DNA of 64,000 nt from an uncultured virus (IMG/VR IMGVR_UViG_3300007734_000750) (lineage: Duplodnaviria > Heunggongvirae > Uroviricota > Caudoviricetes): IMG/VR virus record IMGVR_UViG_3300007734_000750, one strand, 5' to 3'. Below the pieces are notes generated by a model. That model saw only the letters and a program-made list of their open reading frames with translations. It was not told where the DNA came from and ran no database searches. Below, in pieces: positions 27,462-37,836 of the stretch (positions are counted from its first letter, which is position 1; every line of letters starts with the position of its first letter). The translations under genes were made by a program, and so were the position numbers.

Positions 27462-28085
27462 ATGGATAAGAAATTAATTAACGAAGATATTAGTAATATG
27501 AAATACCTTTTTGGTTATAAACCAGGAAGAGTTATTTCTGAACAAGATATTGATTATACCACCGATGACTTTTTAGATACAACAGAAATTGATGAGGAAG
27601 GTAAAAGACATCCTGAAAGACACGTTAAACATAAGGATACTAATAGAACTGTTGGAATATATAAAAAAGGAGTGGGTTTTAATCCAACTATTCACGGAAA
27701 AGAATTAGGATTTGAATTCCACCCAACAAGTATACCTCGCGAAACGGTATTTGGTGGGACTGAAATAGGTGACTTTGATTATGAAGATGATGATTTTGAT
27801 TTCAAGAAGGCACCATATGATGATGAAGATACTTTATTTGAACAAGAAGAACCTGAAAATGATAGATATATGTTTTTTAGTAATTTAGAACAAATTCACA
27901 GACAAATGGGTATATTGTTAGAAAAAGACCCTGAAATGATTAGTAAAATATTAGACAATGGTCACGATTGGGCTCAAGACCATATTGCTACAGCAAAAGA
28001 ATCTATTGACCAAGTATTTGATTTTATAATGAATGAAGAAAATGGTGATGATAACGAAGAAGACTTTGAAGATGATAACATTTAA
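27462..28085 (+). CDS. acidic late protein
   Basis: TATTTAT upstream; LINE...ISEQ N-terminus. Confidence 0.7.
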   Translation: MDKKLINEDISNMKYLFGYKPGRVISEQDIDYTTDDFLDTTEIDEEGKRHPERHVKHKDTNRTVGIYKKGVGFNPTIHGKELGFEFHPTSIPRETVFGGTEIGDFDYEDDDFDFKKAPYDDEDTLFEQEEPENDRYMFFSNLEQIHRQMGILLEKDPEMISKILDNGHDWAQDHIATAKESIDQVFDFIMNEENGDDNEEDFEDDNI

Positions 28086-28120
28086 TAAAAAAACCCCTCC
28101 TAAAAGAGGGGTTTTTTGTT

Positions 28121-28813
28121 TTAAGATAGTTCCTTAGACATATTGATTGCCGCTTGTAGACATTCCTCAAAATTCTCAATTACTTTTCTACCTCTTTTTG
28201 TGTAGGGCATCACATAACCAATTCCTTCTTCAGCCATCCATCTTTTATCTAAGTCATCACCTTCATCGTATGACTTATTATATTTATTAAACCAACCGGC
28301 CCATTCCCACTCTTCGTAGTCCTCTTCTTTTGGTTTGTAAGATGGGTCAAATAATCTATCACCAATTTTAAATGTTTGACCACCTCTGTGAGTGTATCCG
28401 TGATATCCAATAAGATTTCCTTCATCATCGTATCTTTCGGCAACCCCGTGAGGGTATTGTTCACATACTTTCATATTGTTTTCGTAATACCACCAACCTC
28501 TTTCAACATCACCAACATATTCACCATCTTTTGTTAAGAATGAATTTGGTAAATGTTGTTCTTTTTTTAAATCGGGGGTGTCACCAAAATAGTGAGAACC
28601 AATTTTTCCGTTGGTGTGTCTATCAATAAGATATTTACATTGGGGGTTGATAATCCATCCTGCTGATGTTCTAATCGGTGTGATTCTTGAAACCAATTTG
28701 GTAAATCCTAAATCAAGATGAACTTTATTCAATTTTGATTTTCCGGTGTAATGTGGGAATTTTTCAAACTTTAATCTAAGTTTTCCGATGTAAGGTGTGG
28801 TATTTTTTATCAT
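28121..28813 (-). CDS. hypothetical protein
   Basis: 230-aa ORF; GYTHRG...FKIGD. Confidence 0.75.
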   Translation of the reverse strand: MIKNTTPYIGKLRLKFEKFPHYTGKSKLNKVHLDLGFTKLVSRITPIRTSAGWIINPQCKYLIDRHTNGKIGSHYFGDTPDLKKEQHLPNSFLTKDGEYVGDVERGWWYYENNMKVCEQYPHGVAERYDDEGNLIGYHGYTHRGGQTFKIGDRLFDPSYKPKEEDYEEWEWAGWFNKYNKSYDEGDDLDKRWMAEEGIGYVMPYTKRGRKVIENFEECLQAAINMSKELS

Positions 28814-28861
28814 ATTTTATAGTTTTTTGTAATGATACTAAATTTGAAAGTATTTATCAAT

Positions 28862-29194
28862 ATGAAAATAATAATAACAGAGAACAAATTAGAAAGAATC
28901 TCAATCAAATGGTTGAATGATAACTATAGTGATTTAGAGTTTATTCATACTGAAAAGGCTCCATTACTTAATTTTTATATGCAAAATAAAAATGTGATTT
29001 TTGACTATAGGATAAAAACTAAAGAAATTTTTATTACTATGGATATTTGGAAATTTTTTAAAGATTACTTTAGTATGGAATATAAAGAAATATCTAAACT
29101 ATTAATAAAATGGGTTGAAGATAATTATAACATAAATGTTAAAAAAATTAAACCGGCTGAAAACACAAGGTGGAGAGTAATAAGACCTTATTAA
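28862..29194 (+). CDS. MKIIITE-family protein, paralog of 7641 without the array
   Basis: IKWLNDNY...IWKFFKDYFSM...IKWVEDNY aligns with 7641. Confidence 0.8.
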   Translation: MKIIITENKLERISIKWLNDNYSDLEFIHTEKAPLLNFYMQNKNVIFDYRIKTKEIFITMDIWKFFKDYFSMEYKEISKLLIKWVEDNYNINVKKIKPAENTRWRVIRPY

Positions 29195-29195
29195 T

Positions 29196-29654
29196 ATGAA
29201 AATAATAATAACAGAATCACAATATAAAAAGATTATCAAAGAAGATACTCAATTGGAATATACTAGCGAATTTTTGGATGGTGTTACAGTTGTTGTGGTA
29301 TTTGAGGAAGACCCGTTATATGAACAAGTTAAAGAATACTTTGAAGAATATGGATTTGGGTTTATGGTTCCGGGCAAGAATCTAATCATTATTGATGGTG
29401 AGATACTATCCGACGCACCGAATGCTAAAGATTTATTGAAATTTATTGAGGCTCACGAGGTTACCCACGTATTATTATCTCACGATGGGCCAAGAGATGC
29501 AAAAGATGAATTGGAGGCTGACTTGGGAGCTTACCTATTATTACAAGACAAAGGATACTACGAATCAATCCGAACATTATTAGACCACTTCCAAGAGAGA
29601 CACGGAGTTGAGTTTGATGAGAGTATGTTGGATAACATAAAAGAAAGAATGTAA
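29196..29654 (+). CDS. MKIIITE-family HExxH protein
   Basis: MKIIITESQY; AHEVTH ... ELEAD. Confidence 0.75.
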   Translation: MKIIITESQYKKIIKEDTQLEYTSEFLDGVTVVVVFEEDPLYEQVKEYFEEYGFGFMVPGKNLIIIDGEILSDAPNAKDLLKFIEAHEVTHVLLSHDGPRDAKDELEADLGAYLLLQDKGYYESIRTLLDHFQERHGVEFDESMLDNIKERM

Positions 29655-29786
29655 TCAACCTGACATAATAACAATTTAACCTGACATCTTGTCAGGTTTT
29701 TTGTTTTGGCATAATTTTGATAATATCGGTGTTGTGCTTGACACATTAAAAATAAACACATATACTTTAACAAAACTTATTAAACT

Positions 29787-31655
29787 ATGGGAAAAATTAT
29801 TGGAATTGACTTAGGAACAACTAACTCGTGTGTCTCTGTAATGGAGGGTAACGAACCTGTTGTAATAGCAAATTCAGAAGGTAAAAGAACAACACCTTCA
29901 ATCATCGGTTTCATCAACGAAGGAGAAAGAAAAGTTGGTGACCCGGCAAAAAGACAGGCGGTAACCAATCCGACTAAAACAATATCATCAATTAAACGAT
30001 TTATGGGTTCTACCTATGACGAGAGTAAAAACGAAATTGGGAAAGTTCCTTACTCAGTTGTAAACGAAGGTTCTCAACCAAGAGTTCAAATTGACGATAG
30101 AAAATACTCACCACAAGAATTATCGGCAATTATCTTACAAAAGATGAAACAAACTGCTGAAGATTATTTGGGTGAAACAGTAACGGACGCGGTAATCACC
30201 GTTCCAGCTTACTTTAACGATGCCCAACGTCAGGCTACAAAAGAGGCGGGTGAAATTGCCGGATTAAATGTTCGTCGTATTATCAACGAACCAACCGCGG
30301 CGGCTCTTGCGTATGGTCTTGACAAAAAAGGGGATAGTAAAATTGTTGTGTTTGACTGCGGAGGTGGAACTCACGACGTATCTGTTCTTGACTTAGGTGG
30401 TGGTGTATTTGAGGTATTATCTACCGATGGAGACACACACTTAGGAGGGGACGACTTTGACAGAGTCATTATTGATTACTTGGTTGAGGAATTCAAGAAC
30501 GATAATGGTGGTTTAGACATCTCAAAAGACGCTATGGCATTACAAAGGTTAAGAGAAGGGGCTGAGAAAGCGAAGGTTGAATTATCTTCATCTCCTCAGA
30601 CAGAAATCAACTTACCTTATTTAAGTGCTGATGCGACCGGACCAAAACACTTGGTAAAAACATTAACAAGAGCGAAGTTTGAACAACTTTCTGCTGAGTT
30701 AATCAAAAGAACAATTGAACCTTGTAAAACGGCATTGAAAAACGCGAAACTTAAAGTTTCCGATATTGATGAGGTTATCCTTGTTGGTGGAACAACAAGA
30801 ATCCCGGCAATACAAGAGGCGGTTAAGAAGTTCTTTGGTAAAGAACCATCAAAAGGTGTTAATCCGGATGAAGTAGTTGCGTTAGGAGCGGCTATTCAAG
30901 GAGGTGTATTGGCTGGTGATGTGAAAGATGTGTTGTTATTAGACGTAACACCACTTTCATTAGGTATTGAAACAATGGGTGGTATTTTAACACGACTTAT
31001 TGAGGCAAATACTACAATCCCAACCAAAAAGTCACAAGTTTTCTCAACTGCTGTTGATAATCAACCTTCTGTGGAGATTCACGTCTTACAAGGGGAGAGA
31101 CCAATGGCAAAAGACAACAGAACGATGGGTAGATTCCATTTAGATGGTTTACCACCGGCAATGAGAGGAACTCCGAAAATACAAGTAACTTTTGATATTG
31201 ATGCAAATGGTATCATCAATGTTTCTGCGGTTGATGAAGCAACAAACAAAACACAATCAATTAGAATTGAGGGTTCAACGGGACTATCTCAAGAAGATAT
31301 TGAAAGAATGAAGGCTGAAGCTGAAGAAAACGCTGAAGCGGACAAAAAAGTTAAAGAGGATGTGGATACATTAAACTCTGCTGATAACCTGATATTCCAA
31401 ACAGGTAAATCTTTGACTGATTTAGAGGATAAGATTTCTGAAGAACAAAAAACAGAAATAACAACTCTTCTTGATACCTTGAAAGAATCTCATTCTAATA
31501 AAGATGTGGAAAATGTTAAAACGATTATGGAAGAACTTACCCAAAAGTTCCAAACCATCACACAGGAATTATACAATAGTGTAAATGAGAGTGAGACACC
31601 GGAATCAGATATAAATGCTTCGGATGTAGAGTTTGAAGAGGTTAAACCTGAATAA
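29787..31655 (+). CDS. dnaK: Hsp70 chaperone DnaK
   Basis: [34 protein letters not shown]. Confidence 0.98.
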   Translation: MGKIIGIDLGTTNSCVSVMEGNEPVVIANSEGKRTTPSIIGFINEGERKVGDPAKRQAVTNPTKTISSIKRFMGSTYDESKNEIGKVPYSVVNEGSQPRVQIDDRKYSPQELSAIILQKMKQTAEDYLGETVTDAVITVPAYFNDAQRQATKEAGEIAGLNVRRIINEPTAAALAYGLDKKGDSKIVVFDCGGGTHDVSVLDLGGGVFEVLSTDGDTHLGGDDFDRVIIDYLVEEFKNDNGGLDISKDAMALQRLREGAEKAKVELSSSPQTEINLPYLSADATGPKHLVKTLTRAKFEQLSAELIKRTIEPCKTALKNAKLKVSDIDEVILVGGTTRIPAIQEAVKKFFGKEPSKGVNPDEVVALGAAIQGGVLAGDVKDVLLLDVTPLSLGIETMGGILTRLIEANTTIPTKKSQVFSTAVDNQPSVEIHVLQGERPMAKDNRTMGRFHLDGLPPAMRGTPKIQVTFDIDANGIINVSAVDEATNKTQSIRIEGSTGLSQEDIERMKAEAEENAEADKKVKEDVDTLNSADNLIFQTGKSLTDLEDKISEEQKTEITTLLDTLKESHSNKDVENVKTIMEELTQKFQTITQELYNSVNESETPESDINASDVEFEEVKPE

Positions 31656-31737
31656 CATTTTACAATAATGTTTTTTAATCCCAATAATTTGTTTATTGGG
31701 ATTTTTTGTTTATCTTTGTTCCTTAAATAAATAAGAT

Positions 31738-32025
31738 ATGAAACAAACAGCAATGCAAGATTTAAGAGAAGATTTACAACTAACAGTAGAAACTGCAAAA
31801 GATGCTCTTTTAGAAATAGAAAATCAAGAAATAAGAGAGGCTTGTCAAGAAGTTGTTAGATTAACTTTAAATAATATCATTAAAAGAATTGACGAAGAAC
31901 TTTTAAAGATGGAAAAACAACAGATTATTGATGCTTATCGTAAAGGTAAAGTTAATGGAATAGATAGTAGATTAGATGGTGAACCAAATATTCCCGCTCA
32001 AGATTACTACAACGAAACTTTTTAA
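31738..32025 (+). CDS. conserved phage hypothetical protein
   Basis: MKQTA...MEKQQIIDAY...YYNETF. Confidence 0.75.
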   Translation: MKQTAMQDLREDLQLTVETAKDALLEIENQEIREACQEVVRLTLNNIIKRIDEELLKMEKQQIIDAYRKGKVNGIDSRLDGEPNIPAQDYYNETF

Positions 32026-32038
32026 AACAAATAAGATT

Positions 32039-32695
32039 ATGAAAAACATATTTTTAATACCGACAGAAAACCCAAGTAGGTTGTATAAAGGAGATAATGG
32101 ACTTCTAGCATTTGGATTAATGAAAACTTCAACCCAAAGTATAAATGATTATTTTACTAACCAAAATATTTACATTACTTCTGATGAAAAATTTGTTAGA
32201 GACGAATATATCACCGACGGAATTGAGGTGATTAAGGCATCTCCAAAATTGGTTAATGCTCAAGGATTGGTTGATAGAAGAAATTGGAAGAAAATAATTA
32301 TAACTAATGATTTGGAGTTAATCAAATATGGTGTTCAAAGTGTTGATGATGAGTTTTTACGATGGTTTGTTAATAACCCAAGTTGTGATTTGGTTTTAGT
32401 TAGAGATAAACCAAAAGTGAAAGCGGTAGCTAAAGGTTTAGGTATTAAAAATTTTAATAATGGTTACAAAATAATCATTCCAAAACAAGAACAAAAACAA
32501 CATCTAATTGATATGATGGAATCTGATGAAGAATTGGGTTTGTATGGTGAGACAATTGATTCTATTAAATTAGAAGAAGTATTGGGTAGTTCATATTGTC
32601 GGTATAGTGTTATTGAAAACAAATTGGCTATCTTATATAGAAACCAAGAAAAAATATTAGAGGCGATAAAAATGTTGAATAATGGAACAAAATAG
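32039..32695 (+). CDS. hypothetical protein, paralog of 32908
   Basis: MKNI..PT..PSRL, NQNIYITSDE, KKII.T, DDEFL..FV.NPSC. Confidence 0.78.
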   Translation: MKNIFLIPTENPSRLYKGDNGLLAFGLMKTSTQSINDYFTNQNIYITSDEKFVRDEYITDGIEVIKASPKLVNAQGLVDRRNWKKIIITNDLELIKYGVQSVDDEFLRWFVNNPSCDLVLVRDKPKVKAVAKGLGIKNFNNGYKIIIPKQEQKQHLIDMMESDEELGLYGETIDSIKLEEVLGSSYCRYSVIENKLAILYRNQEKILEAIKMLNNGTK

Positions 32696-32903
32696 AAAAG
32701 AAATCAAACTTGAGGATATCTTCAACGATGAGAAGAAAGAAGGTATTAAAAGAGTAATTCATCAACACAAAGTTCTAAAAGAATTAACTTTAGTTAGTCC
32801 CGCTCATTTACAAATGACGAGTAATGGTCACGGAGAATTTCCTGATGGTTATAAATTAACTGAAAAAGGTATTCAATATATTATTGAACAATTAAATAAA
32901 TAA
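32682..32903 (+). CDS. hypothetical protein
   Basis: overlapping ORF. Confidence 0.6.
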   Translation: MEQNRKEIKLEDIFNDEKKEGIKRVIHQHKVLKELTLVSPAHLQMTSNGHGEFPDGYKLTEKGIQYIIEQLNK

Positions 32904-32907
32904 GACT

Positions 32908-33534
32908 ATGAAAAACATACACATATTACCAACAGATAAACCAAGTAGGTTATTTTATATAAAAAAAATTCTTGTACTTGATAGAAAAAAGAAAATATAT
33001 TCAGAGAGTTATAAAAACTTACACGAATATAAAAACCAAAACATCTACATCACTTCTGATGAAAAAATTAAAGAAGGAAATTATACTTATCATAGAGTTT
33101 TTGGAGTAGGTAAAATAACTAATGTTAATGGAAAAAAATGTTTTGTGACAATAAAACTAAGCTCTACAGATGGTTCAATTACAACCCCTTGGAAAAGAAA
33201 TATTCCTGATATTAAAAAAATCATTTTAACAACAGACCCTCAACTTATTGCAGATGGTGTACAAGCTATTGATGATGAGTTTTTAGAAAGGTTTGTGAAA
33301 AATCCAAGTTGTGAGTTTGCTCATTTAGGTTTTAAATCTATTATTGGAGATTCAGAAACAAAAAGAACTTGGAAAATAATCATTCCAAAAGAAGAACAAA
33401 AAGAAGTTGAAAACGATTGGGAAGAAATCTTATTTGATTTTATAGATTTTTACCCGTGTCAATTACCTGACGAATTATTTGAATGGTTGGAGGAAAATTA
33501 CGAAATACCAAAGAAAAAAGATGGAAAAGATTAA
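32908..33534 (+). CDS. hypothetical protein, paralog of 32039
   Basis: same conserved blocks as 32039. Confidence 0.78.
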   Translation: MKNIHILPTDKPSRLFYIKKILVLDRKKKIYSESYKNLHEYKNQNIYITSDEKIKEGNYTYHRVFGVGKITNVNGKKCFVTIKLSSTDGSITTPWKRNIPDIKKIILTTDPQLIADGVQAIDDEFLERFVKNPSCEFAHLGFKSIIGDSETKRTWKIIIPKEEQKEVENDWEEILFDFIDFYPCQLPDELFEWLEENYEIPKKKDGKD

Positions 33535-34021
33535 AGTTATATTTTTGGACATAGATGGAGTTCTTAATGTTTACTCCCACGACCACGATGAGTTTGGTAG
33601 TCAATTTATGCCACAATTCGTCAATAACCTTAAACGAGTTATTGAAGAAACCGGAGCCAAGATTGTGATATCATCAACTTGGAGATATGGGGGATTACAG
33701 AGGATGAAAGATTTATGGGAAAAGAGAAACTTACCCGGTGAGGTAATTGATATCACACCGGATTGTAATGACCTTTTCAACGAAGGTTCATTTAAGTGGT
33801 TGGACCAAATTGAAAGAGGTCACGAAGTTGAGTATTGGTTGGACGAACATCCCGAAGTGGAACAATATGTTATCTTTGACGACGATAATGATTTCTTACC
33901 CCACCAACGAGGTAATTTTGTTAGAACGGCGAACAATATCAATCATCCGGACTCATTAGATATCGGATATGGATTAACAAATGAGTGTGCAAACAAAGCA
34001 ATAAGAATATTAAAATCATAA
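33521..34021 (+). CDS. HAD-family protein (Swiss-Army-Knife RNA-repair-like)
   Basis: FLDIDGVLN, ISSTWR, RGHEV..WL, YVIFDD. Confidence 0.8.
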   Translation: MEKIKVIFLDIDGVLNVYSHDHDEFGSQFMPQFVNNLKRVIEETGAKIVISSTWRYGGLQRMKDLWEKRNLPGEVIDITPDCNDLFNEGSFKWLDQIERGHEVEYWLDEHPEVEQYVIFDDDNDFLPHQRGNFVRTANNINHPDSLDIGYGLTNECANKAIRILKS

Positions 34022-34025
34022 TAAA

Positions 34026-34208
34026 ATGAAAACAGTGTTAAGAGTAATTAGTAGAGAAGGTAGTGAATATATTGATATTCCAAACCCATATAATATGACA
34101 CCGAGAAAAGACGACCATTTTGTGTGGAAAGAAGAAAGTCATATTGTTTCTTGGGTTGAGTTTGATTTTGACACAAATACTCTCTATATTGTATCTGTAA
34201 CAAGTTAA
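34026..34208 (+). CDS. hypothetical protein
   Basis: ORF in operon. Confidence 0.55.
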   Translation: MKTVLRVISREGSEYIDIPNPYNMTPRKDDHFVWKEESHIVSWVEFDFDTNTLYIVSVTS

Positions 34209-34392
34209 GAGATGGAAAAGTTAGAAACAGAAACAGTTACAGAATACTTGGAACGAATTGAAAACCAATTTAATTACCATTCCGGTAATCTTGAAACCAT
34301 CTTCAAAGAGATGAAAGAAAAGGGTATAAAAATTTGTAGTAATTGTGGTTGTTCCACCTACAAAGATAAAGAACATAAATGTGAAGAATAAT

Positions 34393-34650
34393 ATGAAAAC
34401 ACACACAAAAGGAAACGTAATAGTTGAGGAGATTAAAGTTGGTGATATTCATTATGAATATGAATTGGGGGTAGGGATTAAATGTGAGGTAACAACATTA
34501 CCAACATTAAATGAAACCGGTCAATACATTTGGGAAAGTAAAAATCTGAAGACGGGTAATAGTATCCAATATTTGGTTGACCCAAAATATTCACATTATT
34601 CGGCAAATCTCTATGATTATGAAGCGTATAAAGTTAATACCTACATATAA
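34393..34650 (+). CDS. hypothetical protein
   Basis: start MKTHTKG. Confidence 0.65.
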   Translation: MKTHTKGNVIVEEIKVGDIHYEYELGVGIKCEVTTLPTLNETGQYIWESKNLKTGNSIQYLVDPKYSHYSANLYDYEAYKVNTYI

Positions 34651-34651
34651 G

Positions 34652-34828
34652 ATGCAAAACACATTTACAATAGACGAGATTAGAAAGTATATCCTATCAC
34701 AGGATAGCTTGGGTGATGTTCTATACAATTTAAGTGTCTCAAAAATACTTGAGGCAAATGAACCGGAAGAGGACGATGATGAAGATGATGAAGATGATTT
34801 TGATTATACAATAAAATATGATTTATGA
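34652..34828 (+). CDS. small acidic protein
   Basis: start MQNTF; acidic tail. Confidence 0.55.
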   Translation: MQNTFTIDEIRKYILSQDSLGDVLYNLSVSKILEANEPEEDDDEDDEDDFDYTIKYDL

Positions 34829-35115
34829 TAAATCCCGAACAATTACAAGAAGGGTGGGTTAAATTCAGTAGAGTTCCCTGTGTGGAAGGGTGTATCGATG
34901 TATGGTATGGTGATTGTGCTCATAACCCAAATAGTGAAATTAAACCACATTGGAATTTAAACAGTTTCAGAACCTATGTCAGATTAAATGGTGAGGGTAA
35001 ATGGTTTAGTAATGATTATAGAAGAGGTTTAAAGAGTTTTACTATGGAAATGGGTGAAGTTTCAACATCTCAAGAAATTTGGAACGAAATAAGTAAATAT
35101 AACGAAGAGGTTTAG
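34825..35115 (+). CDS. hypothetical protein
   Basis: ATGA overlap. Confidence 0.6.
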   Translation: MINPEQLQEGWVKFSRVPCVEGCIDVWYGDCAHNPNSEIKPHWNLNSFRTYVRLNGEGKWFSNDYRRGLKSFTMEMGEVSTSQEIWNEISKYNEEV

Positions 35116-35121
35116 GTGGGG

Positions 35122-36120
35122 TTATTGAGAAACTTCCCACCTAAATCCTTTATATTCCTCTTTTTTGTTTTTAATAATATTAGAATATAATGTTTGAAAG
35201 GGGATATCACTATGTTTTCCGGCATTACGAATACTCTTATAGGTGTCCATCAATTCACCGGTTAATGAGTATTTTTTAATTGTTAAATTATTTATTGGGT
35301 CGGAATCCCCCAAAAGTTCTTTGAATTTATCATATTTTCTATTTAATTTACTAACATTTCCATCCCCATATATGTAATTAAAAAAACATCTTAATTCTTT
35401 TTTACGATACACCCTTAATTTAAGAATTAAATCACCATTTTTTTCGGCAACAATATCCGGTTTTTTTAACTCAATATTTAAGTTATTAAAAATTGGTGTT
35501 AAACTATTGTATAATTTTTCACTAAGAATTAATGAAAATCTTGGAAATAAATCTCCGGCACTATTTTTACCTTCACCAACATATCCATCACCATCAAAAA
35601 GACCTCTAATTAAATGGGGGTATAAAATTTTATCAATTTTTGGTAAATCTACCGTAAATGATTTTGATTGTTGGATTCCTAATTTATTTAATGATTCTGA
35701 TATTTTTTTTGAACATATTTGTAAAGTATGTTGTTGATATGTTTTATTTGTTCTTTTATCATAAACAAATATTTCACTTATTTTATGACCTGAATCCAAT
35801 TCACTTTTAATAAATTCTAAAATTTCCAAATCTTTTAATCCAAATTTTAATTTATTTTTACTAACATATCCATCAGACATTATCCATCCTAAGATGTATG
35901 CTTTATTGGGTGTGTCTATATTATCAAAATAATTTTCATTTAAGGATTTAGACCGACTATTAGAACCAATCCTTAATCTTAAATTAATTCCTTCTTTTTT
36001 TAATACTTTTTGTACTGGTCCATACGATTTAAACCCAAAATATTCGGCAATCGTAATCATAGTTGAACCACTATTATACATCTCAATAATTTTTTCTTTA
36101 TTTATTTCTTTTTTAATCAT
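35122..36120 (-). CDS. free-standing LAGLIDADG homing endonuclease
   Basis: AYILGWIMSDG and LIRGLFDGDG; N-terminal HTH; NUMOD1-like C-terminus; antisense to flanking operon. Confidence 0.88.
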   Translation of the reverse strand: MIKKEINKEKIIEMYNSGSTMITIAEYFGFKSYGPVQKVLKKEGINLRLRIGSNSRSKSLNENYFDNIDTPNKAYILGWIMSDGYVSKNKLKFGLKDLEILEFIKSELDSGHKISEIFVYDKRTNKTYQQHTLQICSKKISESLNKLGIQQSKSFTVDLPKIDKILYPHLIRGLFDGDGYVGEGKNSAGDLFPRFSLILSEKLYNSLTPIFNNLNIELKKPDIVAEKNGDLILKLRVYRKKELRCFFNYIYGDGNVSKLNRKYDKFKELLGDSDPINNLTIKKYSLTGELMDTYKSIRNAGKHSDIPFQTLYSNIIKNKKEEYKGFRWEVSQ

Positions 36121-36179
36121 TTTTTATTATCTTTGTAAAAACATTTAATCAATCACTATATCTATAAATATCACATAAA

Positions 36180-36773
36180 ATGGAAAAAGACAAAAAAAAA
36201 TCAATTTTATTTTTGGATTTAGACGGAGTTCTATGTTTAAGTAATAATTGGGGTGGACGAGCCAAAAAATGGAAGAAGTATAAAAAACTTAATCCTGACG
36301 CTGTCAGCGACACAACCGCACCGGTTGAGGTAAGATTTGACGATTTAGATAAGAAAGCCGTTAAGGTATTAAATGAGGTATTGAAAGAAACCGGAGCGGA
36401 AATAGTTGTTTCCTCTGATTGGAGATTATTTGCAACATTAGAAGAACTTGGTGAATATTTTTTATCAAAAGGAATCTCAAAAGCCCCAATCGCATTCACC
36501 AAACGATACATAGGTTGTGATAAACCTGATGAATTTGAATGGACAAGAAGAACAATGTATGAACAACAAAGATGTATAGAAGTTAGACAATATCTAACGG
36601 ACCATCCGGATGTGACTCATTGGGTTTGTGTTGATGATTTGGAACTAGGTGAAACAGATACTCACGATAGAGAACAAAAGTGGGGATTATCCAACTTTGT
36701 TCACACACCAAGAGAAAATGAAGGAATCAAACAATCTGGTGTTAAAGAAAAATTATTACAATACCTTACATAA
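36180..36773 (+). CDS. HAD-family protein (Swiss-Army-Knife RNA-repair-like)
   Basis: FLDLDGVL, VSSDWR, WVCVDD. Confidence 0.8.
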   Translation: MEKDKKKSILFLDLDGVLCLSNNWGGRAKKWKKYKKLNPDAVSDTTAPVEVRFDDLDKKAVKVLNEVLKETGAEIVVSSDWRLFATLEELGEYFLSKGISKAPIAFTKRYIGCDKPDEFEWTRRTMYEQQRCIEVRQYLTDHPDVTHWVCVDDLELGETDTHDREQKWGLSNFVHTPRENEGIKQSGVKEKLLQYLT

Positions 36774-36774
36774 T

Positions 36775-37236
36775 ATGGAAAGAATAGAACATAAAACATT
36801 CAAAGATAATAGAGGGTCTTACACACCCATTTCAACAACGGAATTAGACCTAAAATGGACTCAGTGTTCAATCAGTGTCAATGATAAGGAATATACCTTT
36901 AGAGGTCTTCATTATCAGTCAAATCCCCCACAAACAAAGTATATTAAAGTAGTTCAGGGTTCAATTGTTGATTTTGCTGTTGATTTAGAAACCGGTGAGA
37001 CCGATTATGTCGTTCTTCGTGATTCTGACTCGGTATTAATACCAAATGATAAGGCACACGGATTTCTAACTTTGGAACCAAATACAATTGTGGTTTATTT
37101 AGTGGAAGGAGAATACAATCCGGAATCGGAACATAGTATTGTTTGGACAACTAATCCGGTTGTTAAAGACGTTGTGAATAACTTTAGAGGTAATCACCCA
37201 TTAGTGATATCTGAGAAAGATGAGATAGGTAAATAA
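36775..37236 (+). CDS. rmlC: dTDP-4-dehydrorhamnose 3,5-epimerase-like cupin
   Basis: DNRG, FRGLHYQ, AHGFLTLE, ISEKD. Confidence 0.85.
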   Translation: MERIEHKTFKDNRGSYTPISTTELDLKWTQCSISVNDKEYTFRGLHYQSNPPQTKYIKVVQGSIVDFAVDLETGETDYVVLRDSDSVLIPNDKAHGFLTLEPNTIVVYLVEGEYNPESEHSIVWTTNPVVKDVVNNFRGNHPLVISEKDEIGK

Positions 37237-37264
37237 AAAAACCCCCTTAATTGGGGGTTATTTT

Positions 37265-37537
37265 TTACTCTTGAGTTGTAGCATCTTTAACTTTTTTCTT
37301 TGTTGCTGTGAATTTATCTACAGAAGATAATCCTAAACAACCAAAAGCTAATAATGCAACCGCATCAACTAAATAAGGAGCTGGTGCAACATCCACAGTT
37401 GAAAAACTATTGTGATACATAGTAACACAAAGTGTGATTGAACATAGGATACCCACAAATCTTTTTGAAGATGTTACTCCGTGTTCGTCAGTAAACAACC
37501 CTTTAATTCCATCATAAATACTTGATAAAAATTTCAT
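37265..37537 (-). CDS. two-TM membrane protein, holin-like candidate
   Basis: SSKRF followed by two TM helices. Confidence 0.55.
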   Translation of the reverse strand: MKFLSSIYDGIKGLFTDEHGVTSSKRFVGILCSITLCVTMYHNSFSTVDVAPAPYLVDAVALLAFGCLGLSSVDKFTATKKKVKDATTQE

Positions 37538-37567
37538 AATTTTAATTTTGATAATTTATGAGTAAGG

Positions 37568-37702
37568 TTATCGTCCTTGACCTTGATAGTTTCGCTCTTT
37601 TCTGTCGTGTTTGTTTTTTGATTTTTTGTGTTTACCGGAAAACTTTTTCTTATTAAAAGAAAGTTTAGTACTAGAAGAGGAACCAGCCTTAGGTTTTGCC
37701 AT
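37568..37702 (-). CDS. 44-aa basic peptide ending YQGQGR
   Basis: own translation MAKPKAGSSS...KERNYQGQGR; TATTTAT upstream. Confidence 0.65.
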   Translation of the reverse strand: MAKPKAGSSSSTKLSFNKKKFSGKHKKSKNKHDRKERNYQGQGR

Positions 37703-37836
37703 TTTAATTAAGGTTTAATACGTTTATTTACTCATATATAAATATATCGTAAAATAAAAAAGGGGATAGTAGCGAACTTCCCCTTTATTTTGTTACCATC
37801 ACTGATAACGGTCCTAAACGTCCCCAATGGTGGGGT

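Noticed and set aside
29707..29721. Sigma54 promoter TGGCATAATTTTGAT before dnaK
   Set aside because: Spacing is one base short of the -24/-12 consensus and the GC is missing.
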